A DNA stretch of 64,000 bases, taken from contig CAWGYD010000003.1 of the NCBI GenBank assembly GCA_963826785.1, positions 1 through 64,000 of the forward strand, in the 5' to 3' direction. The notes under the pieces are model-generated. The model did no database searches, had not been told where the DNA came from, and worked only from the letters and a program-made list of their open reading frames with translations. This DNA comes from an uncultured delta proteobacterium (GTDB lineage: Bacteria > Desulfobacterota > Desulfobacteria > Desulfobacterales > Desulfosalsimonadaceae). The translations under genes and the position numbers were made by a program. Shown here piece by piece: positions 61,501-64,000 of this stretch (position 1 is the stretch's first letter; each line of letters starts with the position of its first letter).

Positions 61501-61673
61501 TGTCCCGCTTCAATATCGGGCTGGTGATCGCCGCGGGCATGACCATCGGCACCTTGTTTACCCTGTTCGTCGTGCCCGCATTCTACATGGTCATGGCCCG
61601 GATCCATCAGGCCTCGGAATATACCGAAGACACCGGTTCCCCCGTCGATGATACGGGCATTCAGCCCGTCTAA
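58569..61673 (+). CDS. RND efflux permease (HAE1, MexW/MexI-like)
   Basis: FIKRPV, AMRIWL, SINLLTL..AIGLVVDDAI, ALTLSPMM, LAAQFES, KHGILIVEFA, RLRPILMT. Confidence 0.96.
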   Translation: MKFTDIFIKRPVLSIVVSLLILLMGGRSLMLLNVREYPETTNAVISVTTPYIGANADLVQGFITTPLEREIASADGIDYIQSSSLQGISMIQAYLKLDYDPYKALTQITAKVNKVKGELPAGSEEPIIDVAVGEQRASMYISFSSNILKANQVTDYLIRVVQPQLQAVGGVQQAQILGGRTFAMRIWLKPEKMAGLGITPSQVRAVLAANNFLSAVGATKGEMVSVNLTASTQLHNAEQFQRLIVRESGNAVIRLEDIADVELGAENYDSRVYFDGKNATFIGISVLPTANALTVIDDVRKTFPQIRSQLPEGLTMEIPYDATKYINDAIYEVERTLGEALVIVIIVIFLFLGSVRSVLIPAVAMPLSMIGAGLIMLVMGFSINLLTLLALVLAIGLVVDDAIIVTENIYRHIEEGEHPKAAALKGARELAGPVIAMSITLITVYAPIGFMGGLTGALFTEFAFALAGAVFISGIIALTLSPMMCSKILKPTQKARGLVYFLDRLFERLKLAYKRLLHNTLNYLPVTMVFAAAILVSCYFLYTMTQKELAPTEDRGIILISATAEPNAAIGQTSLYALELYKTLAGFPETDHVFMIAGGGASGTAATGNSVFAGQVLAPWSQRERSQMEIKPLVQQKIGHIAGLDAVAFDVPPLPGSSGGLPVQFVISSTQPPIEINRVAQEMLAAAMKSGLFLYADTDLKYDLPQTDILIDREKAADLGLTMADIGAELGTMLGGNYVNRFSIQGRSYKVIPQVVRNARLNPEQLKNYYIPTRDRKLVPLSTVVTLKQTVQPEQLKRFQQLNSAILSAVPAPSVSQGQALNFLEQKAAEIFPAGYRANYAGQSRQFIQEGSSLVFTFFLAVVLIYLVLAAQFESFRDPIIILITVPLTISGALVFLMLGFASINIYTQVGLITLIGLISKHGILIVEFANDLQMEGLSKREAIEEAASIRLRPILMTTASTVMGVFPLLIAAGPGAVSRFNIGLVIAAGMTIGTLFTLFVVPAFYMVMARIHQASEYTEDTGSPVDDTGIQPV

Positions 61674-61846
61674 ACCGCACTGGCTGCAAGATTGTCGGCT
61701 ATTCAGAGCGATTTTTTTCCGGCCTAACCCATGGCCGGGTGAATAACAGTTGACTACGCACTGCGGGTGAACCATAGTGAATCATGGGAAGAGGTGCATC
61801 CTTTTATCTCAACGACTGATAATCGGTCATTTACAGCTGATTTCAT

Positions 61847-63842
61847 TTGTCAGTCGAAAACACGAACTCCCGAGTATGGAAATATGCCCCGGATCACCTG
61901 AAAGATTCCATCCGTCTTTTTATGAACGAAATCGATACCATCGTCGATTACTTCCTGCGGCTCTTCAGTTACCGGTTTGCCGGTCAGCTGGCAGATCAGG
62001 ATTCGACCCGGGCGGATCGGATACCCAATCCGCATGGCCAGGACCATATCTACGAGCTGCGCCTCAAGACCAAAAACGGAGTGGAAATCCGCCGCATGAG
62101 TCTTAGCCACCTGGGTGAATCGGTGGAAAGCAAAAGCAGCTGCTATAAGATCATCTATGACGATCAGATGGTCTTGAAGATCCCCCCCAAACCCATCGAT
62201 GATTTTTCACTCTACCTGGATAAGATCAACCGTGAACGCATGGTTTCCCAAAGCCTGTGCCCACTGGTCCCCTGCGTGACCCCGGATCTGGCCACCATTC
62301 TGACAAAAGTCCCCGGTCTCCGGCTGAACCCGCCCAGGGGTGAAACGATTGAATCGGAATGCCTCTCTCTTCTCAAATCCCGTCCCCAGTACCGCAGTTA
62401 CCTGATGATCAAAGACGGGTTTGTCTTTTTCATGAATCTTTCGAAATACGCATTTTTCAATCAGGTGGTTGAAAGGATGTATGATGAAAAATCCCGCATC
62501 CAGCATGAGATCATCCGAAACATGCAGATTTTCGATCACCTGCAGGCCTTTGAAACCATATACGGCGATGCCCACGATGAGATTTTTTTCAACATTAACC
62601 GCCTTTTTCTCGAATTCGAAAAAACAGTCGATCGCCACCTGACCCGCTCCCCGGAAAATTGCATGCTTCCCGCCTATCGAAAAAAGGAATGGTTTTTTCA
62701 GCATCTGGCGGCTATCCGGCCGGAGACGGACCCGCAGGAACTGGAAAGATCGATTTCAGTGCGGATGAACCAGGATCTGATGAATTTGATGGGGGAAAAC
62801 AAATCCATCGTCAATGAATATCGAAAAATCGTCTACAGCCATGTCCGAACCAAAATTTTTGAAAATCACAAATCCCGTTTCGAGTCGCTCATCATCAACA
62901 TTTTAAAGCTGCTGAACAATCTTCAGAAACAGAAAGTGGCCGCACGGGATCTAAAGCTGGACAACATCTTTATTTCTGCCGAACCCGACGCCGTGGATCA
63001 ACTGCTGAGGGACCCCAGGGCTTACGATCTGGGGCTGATCGACCTGGAAACGGCGATCCGCCTGGATACCGATTCCGCAGAACCCCTGGCGCAGCCCGCC
63101 CTTGCGGGAACCCCTTCCTACATGACCCCCTCGCACCTGTTCAAAAACAGGACCCTGGCCCGGCTGTTCGGCAATCATCTGCCTTATATCTTCTATCTGC
63201 AGGACTGGTATGCCTCCGTGGGCATGATCTACAAGGTGGCCACCGGGCGGACCCTGTTTGCCAAAACATCCAGGCTGATTCCACAGATCATCCAGATCAA
63301 GCGGGCCGCCATCACCCGCAAGATCTCCATGCGCAAAGTTCTGCAGACCGTCAGTCATCGCTTCTGGAAAAGCGCCTCCCAGGAATTAAACGAGGTCCTG
63401 CATGAAAACGAAGCCCTCTGCCGGATTCAGGTCAAGATCCCCTATGGGGTGGTAGAGATGTTCGACCGATTTCTGCAGCAGGAGGAGCAGGTGATATCAA
63501 ACGCAATCGATCGGTATTTTCGCTCCCAGCCCGCGCTTCAAAAATTTTATACGCCCGCTGCCGACGGGGGTCCGGTGCAGCTGAAGGCCAACTGGGAAAA
63601 GAAAATATTTGATCCGAAAGTCCCTTCCAAATTTCGAAATGAAATGATCCGGCTGATCAAGGAAATCGAGAGGCTCAAGAAGATTGCGGCCTATCATGAT
63701 CAGCTGCGCTCGGATCTGGAGCAGCAGCATCACCGGAGAAGCCCTGATGAGAATCATGTTCGACCGGGTGATCACCGCCATGTACCGCCCCACCTGGCGC
63801 GATTACGGCATCATGGGGCTCGCTAAAGCGACCGCACTGTAA
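61847..63842 (+). CDS. Protein-kinase-like protein (start uncertain; frameshift ~63725)
   Basis: MVLKIPP, ARDLKLDNIF, LIDLETA, GTPSYMTP, DWYASVGMIY..TG. The alternate frame gives a tail ITGEALMRIMFDRVITAMYRPTW.. to TAA at 63842. Confidence 0.7.
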
Positions 63843-64000
63843 ACCCGCACGACCCTGTTCTGTGTCTTTCTCCTTTTTCCCGTACTTGAAAAATCCTCCA
63901 AAAATCCGTATGATTTTCGTAAAACATGATATCTTCTGGAAAAGACAGCAAATAGGAACAGCGGTGGATTACAGGCGGGAGGCGACATGCGTGACGACGG

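Noticed and set aside
57360..61775. Long antisense ORFs (920 aa and 545 aa)
   Set aside because: Shadow frames of the GC-rich RND genes, with no recognisable motifs.
1..64000. CRISPR arrays, tRNA/rRNA genes (including selC), transposases, prophage, PEP-CTERM/exosortase genes
   Set aside because: None recognised by eye; a covariance-model and HMM scan would be needed to exclude small RNAs.

Overview
Bacterial chromosome segment, most likely from a Desulfobacterota (Desulfobacterales-like) anaerobe; this is inferred from gene content (cobA/hemD fusion, selA, DVU0524-like gene, Delta-type T2SS). Many genes, including housekeeping ones (hisH, nnr, selA, moaA), are split by single-base indels, which most likely reflect assembly errors rather than real pseudogenes. 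Bases 31,000-64,000 are mostly housekeeping genes (fba, hisFH, cvpA, phoH-HDIG-ybeY-pdxJ-nnr-tsaE-lysC, pyrF, selA, gmhA, hemC-cobA/hemD, gpgS, moaA), followed by an RND efflux operon and a kinase-like gene. The left ~31 kb is the interesting part: a nearly all minus-strand cell-surface island. It runs from a T2SS operon (gspEFGHIJK-L-M-C-D, with a lipoprotein-type secretin) into a periplasmic binding protein, a HAMP histidine kinase, a sigma-54 activator and a TonB-dependent receptor. Next come a double-CAP-domain protein, a Cys-rich secreted protein with the hallmarks of a major surface/S-layer subunit (missed by the ORF track), and a secreted GP42-type transglutaminase-like protein that shares a repeated domain with that subunit. 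The island ends in a sulfotransferase/methyltransferase/GT2 glycan cluster whose enzymes share a coiled-coil motif. Three correctly spaced sigma-54 (-24/-12) motifs precede the T2SS operon, the CAP gene and the putative subunit. Inferred model: an envelope-sensing, sigma-54-regulated system that secretes, glycosylates/sulfates and possibly cross-links a surface layer. No rRNA, tRNA, CRISPR array or transposase was recognised.
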